A stretch of DNA of 64,000 nt from Candidatus Microsaccharimonas sp. (GCA_049661485.1 JBATAC010000002.1:556699-620698), one strand, 5' to 3'. Positions 48,147 through 56,619 are shown, counted from the first letter of the stretch. Notes: generated by a model not told the origin, from the sequence alone. Translations and numbers: made by a program.

Positions 48147-49655
48147 ATGCAGCGCATCGTAGCGGCTCTGTCCGCATCCATGGTGGCCGTGCTCCTGCTC
48201 GCAGGCTGTTCATCCACTAACGTCAACTGGGCGGGCGGTTCGTCCGACCTCCCCGACGTCAACCTGAAGGACACCGCTTCCGTGCAGGCACTGTGCGGTG
48301 GGGAAGCCGAGACGGTTCTCAACACCGTCTCAGAGGCAACTACCACAGAGGAGAGCTCGGGCCAGCGCAATGCGCTGACTTCCCTGGGTCTCTCCGCTGA
48401 AGAGGTGAACGACAACAACATGCTGACGGAGATCATCGGCGCGCTCAAGGTTCGCGCTGCGGACAACGAGTGCGCGGCCGACGAGCAGACCTCGAACCAG
48501 TCCGGACAAGTGGGTGTCGAAGAAAACGACGGCACCCAGTTCACGCTTCCGCTGGTTTCGGGGTCCGATTCGACCCTCATCGTCGACAGCACAACACAGG
48601 CGGCAACCCCGCCGCTGCTGGATGGTTCGCTTCGCTTCACCGCGCAGACCCTCACATGGGAAGGCCTGGTGCAGCGTGTGGGCAACCAGCAATGGTATAT
48701 CGATGGCATCAACGCACGTGCGGCCCAGACGGGCTTCACGTGGGACGATGTTCTGAGGTTCGCTTCGGTGAACCGCATGAAGGACGGTAAGGTCGACAAC
48801 AGCGGCGTCAACGCGCTGGCAATTCAGATCTTCAACCGTCCCGATCTCACCGACGACCAGGCTCGCGCCGAAGTCGCCAAGTACATCACTCCCGAGGTCG
48901 AGAAGGTCATCAACGTCACGGTCTACCCCGTTCTCGACCAGAGCGGAAACATCGTGAGGGCGGGCCTTCCGATCCAACGGATCAACAACGGCTTCATCAA
49001 CACGATGAATGTCGGCTCGAAGGCCGAGCCGAGCATGGGTAACTACTTCGACACGCAGCGCATGGTTCGCGTGTCGCTGATGCCCATCACGTTCGACGAT
49101 GCAGGCAAGGCGGTCAGCCTCGACGGAAGTCGAGGTGCGGGTATCTTCATCGACTGCGGCAACCTTCACTGGGTGCCGAAGGCGGTGTGGTACTGCAAGT
49201 CCGACTCCTGCGAGAAACCGCAGTGTCCCATGGGCACTATCGGTACTCCGCCGAACTGTTCGGTTCCCACGCCCCCGACGCCGACTTCGCCGCCCTCGCA
49301 TCACGAGGAGTGCGTTTCGGACTGCCTCGAAGACAAGGACTGGGATAAGAGTCCCCAAGAAGACGGCTGGGTACCACTGGATGTGGGACCCCTGACCGAT
49401 GGAAGGGGGTCTCAAGCTCAGCTGGAATCCGGCGAGACCAGCGGGAACGTCATCGACAATCCCGTGGCGGAAGACACCAAGACGGGCGACACCACGACGG
49501 ATCTGCCGAGCGGTACAATCACCGCGCCGGGAGCTACGGATGGAGGTGACGACCCGTCACAAGGTGAAGTCGACGAAGAGAACACGAACGGCGACGAAGG
49601 TGGCACCGATGGTGACACCTGCGTTCCGGATGTGATCGCAGGCATCACCTGCTAG
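48147..49655 (+). CDS. putative secreted lipoprotein of foreign (high-GC) composition, Cys-rich with acidic C-terminal tail
   Basis: ATG at 48147 follows AAAGGAGG with a 6-nt spacer, 13 nt after the upstream stop, which suggests an operon. Signal peptide with lipobox (MQRIVAALSASMVAVLLLAGC). 503 aa. Contains a Pro/Thr linker (PTPPTPTSPP), a Cys-rich stretch and an Asp/Glu/Gly/Thr-rich tail. Confidence 0.75.
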   Translation: MQRIVAALSASMVAVLLLAGCSSTNVNWAGGSSDLPDVNLKDTASVQALCGGEAETVLNTVSEATTTEESSGQRNALTSLGLSAEEVNDNNMLTEIIGALKVRAADNECAADEQTSNQSGQVGVEENDGTQFTLPLVSGSDSTLIVDSTTQAATPPLLDGSLRFTAQTLTWEGLVQRVGNQQWYIDGINARAAQTGFTWDDVLRFASVNRMKDGKVDNSGVNALAIQIFNRPDLTDDQARAEVAKYITPEVEKVINVTVYPVLDQSGNIVRAGLPIQRINNGFINTMNVGSKAEPSMGNYFDTQRMVRVSLMPITFDDAGKAVSLDGSRGAGIFIDCGNLHWVPKAVWYCKSDSCEKPQCPMGTIGTPPNCSVPTPPTPTSPPSHHEECVSDCLEDKDWDKSPQEDGWVPLDVGPLTDGRGSQAQLESGETSGNVIDNPVAEDTKTGDTTTDLPSGTITAPGATDGGDDPSQGEVDEENTNGDEGGTDGDTCVPDVIAGITC

Positions 49656-49659
49656 CTCT

Positions 49660-49696
49660 GGTGAGCGGGTGGGGTCCTACGCCCCGCCCGCTCACC
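49660..49696 (+). terminator. GC-rich hairpin immediately after the lipoprotein stop
   Basis: GGTGAGCGGGTGGGGT paired with GCCCCGCCCGCTCACC gives about 16 bp including two G-U pairs. It starts 5 nt after the TAG at 49653-49655. The following sequence is T-rich but not a clean U tract. Confidence 0.55.
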
Positions 49697-49813
49697 ACCT
49701 AGTGATTTGCGTTTCCTTTAGCATTTCCAAGGAGTTGTTAAAATTGCTGAGTTTCTAGCGAACTCGCTTTCATACAACTCCTTGTGAGTTACTTTTGTAA
49801 ATCGCGCAATTAG

Positions 49814-49837
49814 TTGATGCACATTGTAATGATCTGA
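49814..49837. repeat. right arm of the imperfect inverted repeat bracketing high-GC cassette C
   Basis: TTGATGCACATTGTAATGATCTGA is the reverse-complement partner of 47429-47450. Confidence 0.8.
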
Positions 49838-49940
49838 TTTGATGACTATTAACAACCTGGCAACAATGTTCAAACTTTTATTAAATAATATTAATTTTTG
49901 ATCTTAATCTGCGAGATAGATCAATAGAAGGAGTATAGAT

Positions 49941-51584
49941 ATGAGTAAACTTATGTCTCTCATTCGTCGAGCCCCTAAGCGCTTTAGCGCAGGTGTGATA
50001 ATGGCTGCAGCTGCAATCATTATCCCTGCCGCTGCATATGCTTGGGGTCCTAGTCGACCAACTTTTACAGGAGCTAACCCAGCCCCTTACGTAACATTTA
50101 ACTCAATTACAGATAATGCACAGGTTGGAGACGAACGAAACTTTGTTCGAATCCGTGAATCTGGCGTTAGCGCTAATTATGGCGATAATGTATCCCTCAC
50201 CCCAGGTAAGGTCTATGATGTGTCTGTGTATTATCACAACAACGCCGCATCTAACCTTAACGATAGTGGAAAAGGTATCGCTAAAGATGCAAAACTTAAG
50301 ATGGAAGTTCCTGGTATAGTAAATGCCGGCGTTAACGCTGTGTTTACCGGTACCGTATCCGCTTCAAATGCTAATCCTGGTTCAGTCTGGGATGAAGCAT
50401 ATGGTAAGAACTCGACAAATGGCCAAGTTGCGCTTCGTTATGTTTCAAACTCTGCAAAGTTTACCAGTAATGGCGCAATTAACGGACAAAAGCTTCCAGA
50501 TACATTGTTTACAACAGGCGCAAACCTCGGTTTCAACGCACAAGACGGTACAGTACCTGGTTGTAACGAATATTCTGGCTTTGTTACATTCCAGATTCGT
50601 GTTGATCAACCGGACTTTAATGTTGTGAAGAAAGTAAGTGTTGACGGTGGTAAGACATGGGCGGATAGCGCAAAAGCAGAAGCCGGTGCAACCGTACAAT
50701 ATTACATATCGTACCAAAATACAGGTACTACACAACAAGACAATGTACTTGTTCGTGACATGCTCCCTCAGGGTGTTTCATACACCGCTAACAGTACAGA
50801 GATTATGAACTCAACCACAGGTGGTCAGTTCAAGAAAACTGTAGAGGGAATTACTACTAATGGTCTCAACGCTGGATCATACCAGCCAAAAGGCAACGTC
50901 GGGTACAAGTTTAGCGCTAAACTTCCTAATGAAGATGCACTCAAGTGTGGAACAAACACACTTACAAATACTGCTCGCGTTACTACAAATGCAGGCTACA
51001 AGGAAGATACTGCCACTGTTACAATTGACCGTGAATGTAAGCCAACCGTTAAGTACACCTGTGACGCCCTCTCAATCAAGACTATTAGCCGTACTGAATT
51101 CCAATTCACCACTGCTTATACTATTGAAAACGCCACATTCAAAAATGTTACCTACGTGATTCGCAACGCTCAGGGCCAAGAAATTGACCGTAAGACTGCG
51201 ACATCAAACACACTTAACTACACCCAAACAACTCCTGGTGCATACTCTGTTCAAGCTATCGTAACAGTTACCGTTGATGGCCAAGACAAGACTATAACCA
51301 GTAACGGTTGTAAGGCTGCCTTCGAAGTTCCTAAGACACCTGGTGATATCACCGTATGTGAACTAGCTACTAAGAAGATTGTTACTATTAAGGAAAACCA
51401 ATACGACGAGTCTAAGTACTCTAAGGACCTTAGTAAGTGTGCAGAAACACCTACACCTCCAGTCACTCCACCAGAACTTCCAACTACTGGTGCGACTGAA
51501 AACATTGTTGCCGTTGTTGGCCTTGGTGCATTGATTGCAAGCGCTGCTTATTACATCGCAAGCCGTCGTGCTCTAAACCAATAG
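49941..51584 (+). CDS. LPXTG-anchored cell-surface protein (DUF11/Ig-like repeat type)
   Basis: Signal peptide (MSKLMSLIRRAPKRFSAGVIMAAAAIIIPAAAYA). C-terminal sorting signal LPTTG, then a hydrophobic helix (IVAVVGLGALIASAAYYIA), then SRRALNQ. Native low-GC composition. GGAG lies 8 nt upstream of the ATG. Confidence 0.8.
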   Translation: MSKLMSLIRRAPKRFSAGVIMAAAAIIIPAAAYAWGPSRPTFTGANPAPYVTFNSITDNAQVGDERNFVRIRESGVSANYGDNVSLTPGKVYDVSVYYHNNAASNLNDSGKGIAKDAKLKMEVPGIVNAGVNAVFTGTVSASNANPGSVWDEAYGKNSTNGQVALRYVSNSAKFTSNGAINGQKLPDTLFTTGANLGFNAQDGTVPGCNEYSGFVTFQIRVDQPDFNVVKKVSVDGGKTWADSAKAEAGATVQYYISYQNTGTTQQDNVLVRDMLPQGVSYTANSTEIMNSTTGGQFKKTVEGITTNGLNAGSYQPKGNVGYKFSAKLPNEDALKCGTNTLTNTARVTTNAGYKEDTATVTIDRECKPTVKYTCDALSIKTISRTEFQFTTAYTIENATFKNVTYVIRNAQGQEIDRKTATSNTLNYTQTTPGAYSVQAIVTVTVDGQDKTITSNGCKAAFEVPKTPGDITVCELATKKIVTIKENQYDESKYSKDLSKCAETPTPPVTPPELPTTGATENIVAVVGLGALIASAAYYIASRRALNQ

Positions 51585-51640
51585 AGTCTGACCGCTCATC
51601 TTGCCTTTGGCAAGCGAAGCAGTCAAGGCTTCAAAACTAC

Positions 51641-51669
51641 AAAACCCCGTTCGTAAGAGCGGGGTTTTT
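51641..51669 (+). terminator. rho-independent terminator after the LPXTG gene
   Basis: AAAACCCCG, loop ttcgtaaga, G, then CGGGGTTTTTGG. The stem is followed by a T run. Confidence 0.65.
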
Positions 51670-51686
51670 GGTATACTGATGTATAT

Positions 51687-51908
51687 ATGGCAAATAAACC
51701 AAAGAAGAAACGCAATAAGCAGTATCAAGGTGCTGACGCGGCAATTACTAGGCCCGTCGTCACGCGCATCTCGGCAGCGAATCGTTCAAAGCCGGGTCAG
51801 TGGTGGTTTGAACGCAAACGAATTTTAAAACCAGTTCTTATTGCACTGCTCGTTATCGCTTTGGTTATTTGGCTTATCTTCGAGATTGTTCGTATTACCA
51901 ACCAATAA
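51687..51908 (+). CDS. small basic membrane-anchored hypothetical protein
   Basis: 73 aa. Lys/Arg-rich N-terminus and a single C-terminal TM helix (ILKPVLIALLVIALVIWLIF). Confidence 0.45.
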   Translation: MANKPKKKRNKQYQGADAAITRPVVTRISAANRSKPGQWWFERKRILKPVLIALLVIALVIWLIFEIVRITNQ

Positions 51909-51910
51909 CG

Positions 51911-54079
51911 CTACTTTTCAGTAATTGGTAAACGGAATCCAAAAGTACTTCCTTTGCCTTCTGTCGATTCGAATAAAATAGTACCACCATGTTCATCAAT
52001 TACCTTTTTCGCTAAGAAAAGGCCGACACCGGTGCCATCTGGCCGCGCTCTTCGTGCATTAGTAGCGCGAAAGAACTTACTAAATAAGTTCTCTTGTTCC
52101 TGTACCGGTACGCCGATCCCAGAGTCAATCACCTTGAACTCTACAAACCCAGGGATCTTCTTTAATACCACCTTTATAGTGGCGTTTTCTCTTGAATAAT
52201 AAATTGCGTTATCAGAGAAATTCATAACTACCTGCTGGATTTTATTCTCATCTAAACTTAGCATTGGTATATTTTTTGGTTTTTTATAAGTAAACTTCAT
52301 ACCACGAGCTGCCGCATTCGCTTCTAAACCTTCAATCTCGCGTTGGACCAAAAGCGCCAAGTCAACAGGGTGCTTATCAATCACAAACTTACCAGTTTGT
52401 AACCGTGAAACATTTAAGAAGTCACCAATTAAGCGAACCATGCGCTCGCTACTAATGAATGCCTCGTTAAGTACATGCTTTTGGTCCTTCGTCACCTCTC
52501 CAACATCACCCTCCATAAGCATCGAAAGGTAGCCCTTAATACTCGTTAACGGTGTGCGAAGCTGGTGACTGGCCATACTGATAAACTCATCCTTTGTCTC
52601 ATCAAGGCGATGAAGTTGAGCGTTACTGGCGCGAAGCTCACCGGTCGCTTCCTGTATTCTCTGCTCAAGATTAGTATTAAGGTCGCGAATCTCTTCAATT
52701 GAGAGTGCATTTTGGATAGATACCACAAGCTCGTTAGCAATTGTCTCTAACGTACGTAGCTCAATTTGGCTATAATCCCCCCTCGGGTGCGGACTAAGTA
52801 AGAAATAACCAACCTCTACGCCAGATTGCAATAAAGGCAATACCAGCCCAATCCTATGACTTACTAACAATCTGTAAATATGCGGGTTTTTATCATGAAC
52901 TAGACCCGTAACAATAACGCCCCCACCATTCTGTCTGATATATTCATCAAGTATTTGAGCATCTTTTATGGGAACATCTACTGCTTTTGGATAGCCGATA
53001 CTTGCAACCCTGCGCCTATCGTCACGATAAATCACAAACGATGCATTTTCTACTCTAATATTCTCAGCAATAAATTTTGCAATACTACTAAGTAACACCC
53101 GTAGATTACTTGTTGATGTAAGCAATTTGTTAAATCGAGATAAGAAAAGACCACTATCTAAACTATCTCTAAAAAAGATCCTGTTTGTGACCCTATCAAA
53201 GAACTGTTTGGTTGGTTGGAAAATAAATGCAATTGTAAGAGCTAAGGCTATATTAATAGTGGTCTGTAGTGTTGAATCTGTGTAACCAAGCAATTTTTGA
53301 GAAACAATAAAAGCAATAAACCCGTACAACACGGCAAGTGTTATTAGTGTTAATATGTATACCACAGAACGAATCGCATATAGCTTAATGTCAAGCAGTC
53401 GGCCCTTTGCAATACTCAATGACAACCCAATAGCAAAAATAGCTATAACTAACATTCCCCACTTAATTAAGCTTTGGCTGTTTGTTATAACCGGCAACAC
53501 AATATTAAACATAACCCCGTATCCAGTAGCAAGAATGACAGTAATTAGAACTGTGTTAATGGCATATCGCTCTGTCGATCTAATTCTGCTTCGGTGTCTT
53601 TGAATAAGGATTTCAGTTACTAATAGTCCCATAGAAACCACAATACCAACCAAATAAATAGCATACCCGTATGCACGTTCAAGGTTCAGCACCCCATCCT
53701 CAAAATAGACTTTAGAAAATATAGTAAACGTGAAGATTGGTATAAACTGCAGTAACAATGCAACACAAAATAAAACAGATATCCATTCGTTATGATTTTT
53801 TTGTGAAACATTTTTTTTGAGTAATCGTATAAACCAAAAACAGCTCGCAATGGCTGCAGTTGGCCACAAAAATACTAAAGTATTAAGAATTAAAGCATTA
53901 TTAGGTGTTGAATCGGCGATAAAGATACTATTTTGCCAGACTAGCAAACTGATAATTGTCGCTACTAATGTTACCCTTAATCGAAAAGCTACGGTGCGAG
54001 ACACTAAAATAATAAGCACCATAATAATGGCTATAGCGTTCGATACAATCAAAGGTACCGTTTCAATAAGCATAAGCAT
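51911..54079 (-). CDS. sensor histidine kinase with polytopic N-terminal membrane domain
   Basis: About 290 aa of multiple TM helices, a central GAF-like region, HisKA H-box (FISMASHQLRTPLTSI), and HATPase_c N/G boxes (NFSDNAIYY, DSGIGV, GTGVGL). Confidence 0.85.
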   Translation of the reverse strand: MLMLIETVPLIVSNAIAIIMVLIILVSRTVAFRLRVTLVATIISLLVWQNSIFIADSTPNNALILNTLVFLWPTAAIASCFWFIRLLKKNVSQKNHNEWISVLFCVALLLQFIPIFTFTIFSKVYFEDGVLNLERAYGYAIYLVGIVVSMGLLVTEILIQRHRSRIRSTERYAINTVLITVILATGYGVMFNIVLPVITNSQSLIKWGMLVIAIFAIGLSLSIAKGRLLDIKLYAIRSVVYILTLITLAVLYGFIAFIVSQKLLGYTDSTLQTTINIALALTIAFIFQPTKQFFDRVTNRIFFRDSLDSGLFLSRFNKLLTSTSNLRVLLSSIAKFIAENIRVENASFVIYRDDRRRVASIGYPKAVDVPIKDAQILDEYIRQNGGGVIVTGLVHDKNPHIYRLLVSHRIGLVLPLLQSGVEVGYFLLSPHPRGDYSQIELRTLETIANELVVSIQNALSIEEIRDLNTNLEQRIQEATGELRASNAQLHRLDETKDEFISMASHQLRTPLTSIKGYLSMLMEGDVGEVTKDQKHVLNEAFISSERMVRLIGDFLNVSRLQTGKFVIDKHPVDLALLVQREIEGLEANAAARGMKFTYKKPKNIPMLSLDENKIQQVVMNFSDNAIYYSRENATIKVVLKKIPGFVEFKVIDSGIGVPVQEQENLFSKFFRATNARRARPDGTGVGLFLAKKVIDEHGGTILFESTEGKGSTFGFRLPITEK

Positions 54080-54097
54080 AGTATAGCGCGGTGTTGT

Positions 54098-55333
54098 TTA
54101 TTCTTCTATAGGTTGCCCGTTTGGTTCTGAGCCTAGAACTGGCACATCGGAATGCTTAAGTATGTTTTTTCTTTTTGAATCTGATAATGAGCTTTTCGTT
54201 TCAAGTACAGCTCCTAACGCAACTGCTCCTCCAGCTACGACATTTGCATACCAGGGGTAATCTTGGCCATTAGCGTAAAAGTACATATACGGCGCCGCAA
54301 AACTTGCAGCCGTACCCGCTACGCCCAAAAGTCTTATCGGCCTTGTCTTGCCTTTTAAGTACATCTCCATACTGCCGACTTGAGTGAAGGCGGTGGCTAT
54401 ATCGATAGCCGCAAACGCTGGCACGGACCCCTCGAATTCTTCAAGCGAACCTGCACCTGTAAATCGAAGTGCAGAGTACCCTAGTATAAATCCATAAAAC
54501 GTAGCTGCTTTATTTCTCATAAGCCGATTAAACTGTGTTCGATGTGGGTGTTCAGTTGTAGTTTCAATATCATTTTCGTGAAGAAGCTTCACTGTACTTG
54601 CTTTAAGATTTAAGGTATCAATACCTTGAAATGCTTTTTTAATATCTTCTTTGTTCATATTGGTAAACCGCGAAGCACCCGGTGCATTCGCATCCGCCCG
54701 AAGAACTGCTGTTGTTACTTCGAGCGGATCTAGAGCAACAGGAGTGGTATCGTCACCAATGTACTTCTGTTTTTCACCAATGACACTATAGCTTTGAGGC
54801 CCAAGAACTCTAGTAAGGAACTTCTGCATATCATCATCGATATTCATGACCCATAATCGATGACCCTGTTCAACAGAATGTCTTAGGGCCTGCGAGTAAA
54901 GTTGCCTCGTGGCATCAAACGATTCTAATGCTTCAGAAGCTGATACATTACCTTTTCGTGCCACCGCGCCAAGGCCAGATATTTCTACAATACTATCTTT
55001 TTTGATTTGTGAGAGGCGTGATACTTTGGCAGCATCACGAAGCGAAATGGGATCAATCGTAAAATGTCGCAACGTTGGTAAATCAAATATATCATTACTT
55101 TTAGGGTCACCATGAAGAATACGAAGTGCCGACTCTTTTTCTGGTGTAGACACAACAATACGGTGAGTCCTATCACCTTTTTCATTAACATCATAATCAT
55201 CAACGTACAAGCCTTGATTGTTTAAATCGCCGGTAGTTATGATTTTTTTTCGAGCAAAAGCATCGGTTCTAATTTCTACACCCTTACGCACTAAAGGATC
55301 GCCACTCAACGGTATTTCAGATGGATTTATCAC
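54098..55333 (-). CDS. hypothetical protein; N-terminal part resembles GNAT-fold N-acyl amino acid synthase / autoinducer-synthase-like enzymes; C-terminal membrane helices
   Basis: 411 aa. The pattern DDYDVNEKGDRTHRIVV ... LRILHGD ... VEISGLGAV ... HRLWVMNIDDDMQKFLTRVLG recalls the FeeM/PF13444 layout, judged from memory only. Hydrophobic helices occupy the last 130 aa or so. Confidence 0.35.
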   Translation of the reverse strand: MINPSEIPLSGDPLVRKGVEIRTDAFARKKIITTGDLNNQGLYVDDYDVNEKGDRTHRIVVSTPEKESALRILHGDPKSNDIFDLPTLRHFTIDPISLRDAAKVSRLSQIKKDSIVEISGLGAVARKGNVSASEALESFDATRQLYSQALRHSVEQGHRLWVMNIDDDMQKFLTRVLGPQSYSVIGEKQKYIGDDTTPVALDPLEVTTAVLRADANAPGASRFTNMNKEDIKKAFQGIDTLNLKASTVKLLHENDIETTTEHPHRTQFNRLMRNKAATFYGFILGYSALRFTGAGSLEEFEGSVPAFAAIDIATAFTQVGSMEMYLKGKTRPIRLLGVAGTAASFAAPYMYFYANGQDYPWYANVVAGGAVALGAVLETKSSLSDSKRKNILKHSDVPVLGSEPNGQPIEE

Positions 55334-55404
55334 ACTGGTAATAATACACTACGAGTATTAAATCTTTGCAAACTTTTGCTAATTGTTATAACTTAAGTGT
55401 AACC

Positions 55405-55773
55405 ATGACCAAAATAGCCATCATAGAAGACGACCCAGTAATCAGCCAGATGTATCGCATGAAATTCGAAGCTGACGGCTTTGACGTTGAGCTTGCGAAC
55501 GACGGCATAAAAGGGGTTGCTCTTGTCGAGCATCTCTCGCCTGACATTATTTTGCTCGACCTTCAGATGCCAGAAATGAATGGCGCCGAAGCTCTTGAAG
55601 AAATTCGTAAAAATGATTGGGGTAAAGATATTCCCGTTATTGTGTTAACAAACCTTGGCGAAGAAGAAGCTCCTAAAAATATTCGTGGCCTGGGTATTCA
55701 CAGCTACATCGTAAAAGCCGAACTAACACCACGACAAGTTGTGCAGCGCGTTAAAGAAGCTTTAGGCCTCTAA
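55405..55773 (+). CDS. single-domain response regulator (CheY-like receiver)
   Basis: Start trimmed to MTKIAIIEDDP. Phospho-acceptor context (IILLDLQMPEMNG) and downstream VLTNL and K (VKA) motifs. No output domain. Confidence 0.85.
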   Translation: MTKIAIIEDDPVISQMYRMKFEADGFDVELANDGIKGVALVEHLSPDIILLDLQMPEMNGAEALEEIRKNDWGKDIPVIVLTNLGEEEAPKNIRGLGIHSYIVKAELTPRQVVQRVKEALGL

Positions 55774-56579
55774 CCTTCAGCTGTTTTTCGAGCAGCCGTA
55801 ATAACGTTATCGAATAACGCCGTAATTGTCAGCGGTCCTACCCCACCCTTTTCGGGTGTAATTGTTATATCTTGGCGCTCACGAACCTCAGCCGAAATAT
55901 CACCAACAATCACGCCGTCTTCTGAAGCTGTGCCAGCATCAACTACAACTTTTCCGGGTGATATCATCGAAGATTGAATTAAACCAGGCGTACCTGTTGC
56001 GGTCACGATGATATCAGCATTTCGCAGGGCGGTTTTTAAATCAGGTGTTGAGCTATCATATACTGATACATTTAACCCACCATTAAGCCATAACTTCGCC
56101 AAAGGTGCACCAACAAGCCGGCCATTCCCGACAATTGCAATAATCCGGTCGCGCAGTGTGACATTATATCCGGCAAGTAGCCAATCGATTGAAGTAGCAG
56201 TAGCTGAAACATAATGAGAATTTGCCCCAAGTCCATCGACGTCCTTATGTGGAGCAATTAAATTAACGAGCTTATCCGTTTCAGCCGTGTTAATAAGTGG
56301 AAGTTGCAAAACAATTGCATGAACCGAATCATCGCCATTAAGCTCTTGGATTAATTCTGGTACTACTGATTGCTCGACTTTATGAACAGTAACCTCAACT
56401 AAGATATCTTCGCCATACGAGTGTTTTAAACGTACAAAAGTATCAATAACTTGGCTGTCGTTTGCAACGACTAATGCCAGCTTAGGAAATACATTCCAAG
56501 CCTGACGCAAAGCACGTACCTGCTTAGCTTGGCGCTCTTTTATATAATCGGCTAGCTCACGCCCGTCAAGAATCTTCAT
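55770..56579 (-). CDS. folD: bifunctional methylenetetrahydrofolate dehydrogenase/cyclohydrolase
   Basis: MKILDGRELA start, LQLPL motif, NAD(P) site (VGNGRLVGAPLA), and PGGVGP-like C-terminal motif (KGGVGPLT). Confidence 0.9.
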   Translation of the reverse strand: MKILDGRELADYIKERQAKQVRALRQAWNVFPKLALVVANDSQVIDTFVRLKHSYGEDILVEVTVHKVEQSVVPELIQELNGDDSVHAIVLQLPLINTAETDKLVNLIAPHKDVDGLGANSHYVSATATSIDWLLAGYNVTLRDRIIAIVGNGRLVGAPLAKLWLNGGLNVSVYDSSTPDLKTALRNADIIVTATGTPGLIQSSMISPGKVVVDAGTASEDGVIVGDISAEVRERQDITITPEKGGVGPLTITALFDNVITAARKTAEG

Positions 56580-56619
56580 CTCTCTAGCCTATCAGATGGC
56601 GTGATACAATGAAACCACC

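Noticed and set aside
47513-49415. Very long minus-strand ORFs (47513..48811, 432 aa; 48330..49415, 361 aa) and several plus-strand alternative-frame ORFs inside the high-GC island.
   Set aside because: These are typical shadow ORFs of high-GC DNA.
- Their translations are Arg/Ala/Ser/Pro-rich junk with no ribosome-binding site.
- The plus-strand genes 47630..48133 and 48147..49655 have strong Shine-Dalgarno sites, GC-rich third positions, TM helices and a lipobox.
46401-49837. Classical tRNA-integrated genomic island or prophage remnant.
   Set aside because: No integrase, recombinase or phage gene is present. The foreign DNA lies on the 5' side of tRNA-Glu rather than at its 3' end, and I found no direct repeat of the tRNA 3' end. 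The region is reported instead as inverted-repeat-bounded cassettes of unknown mechanism.
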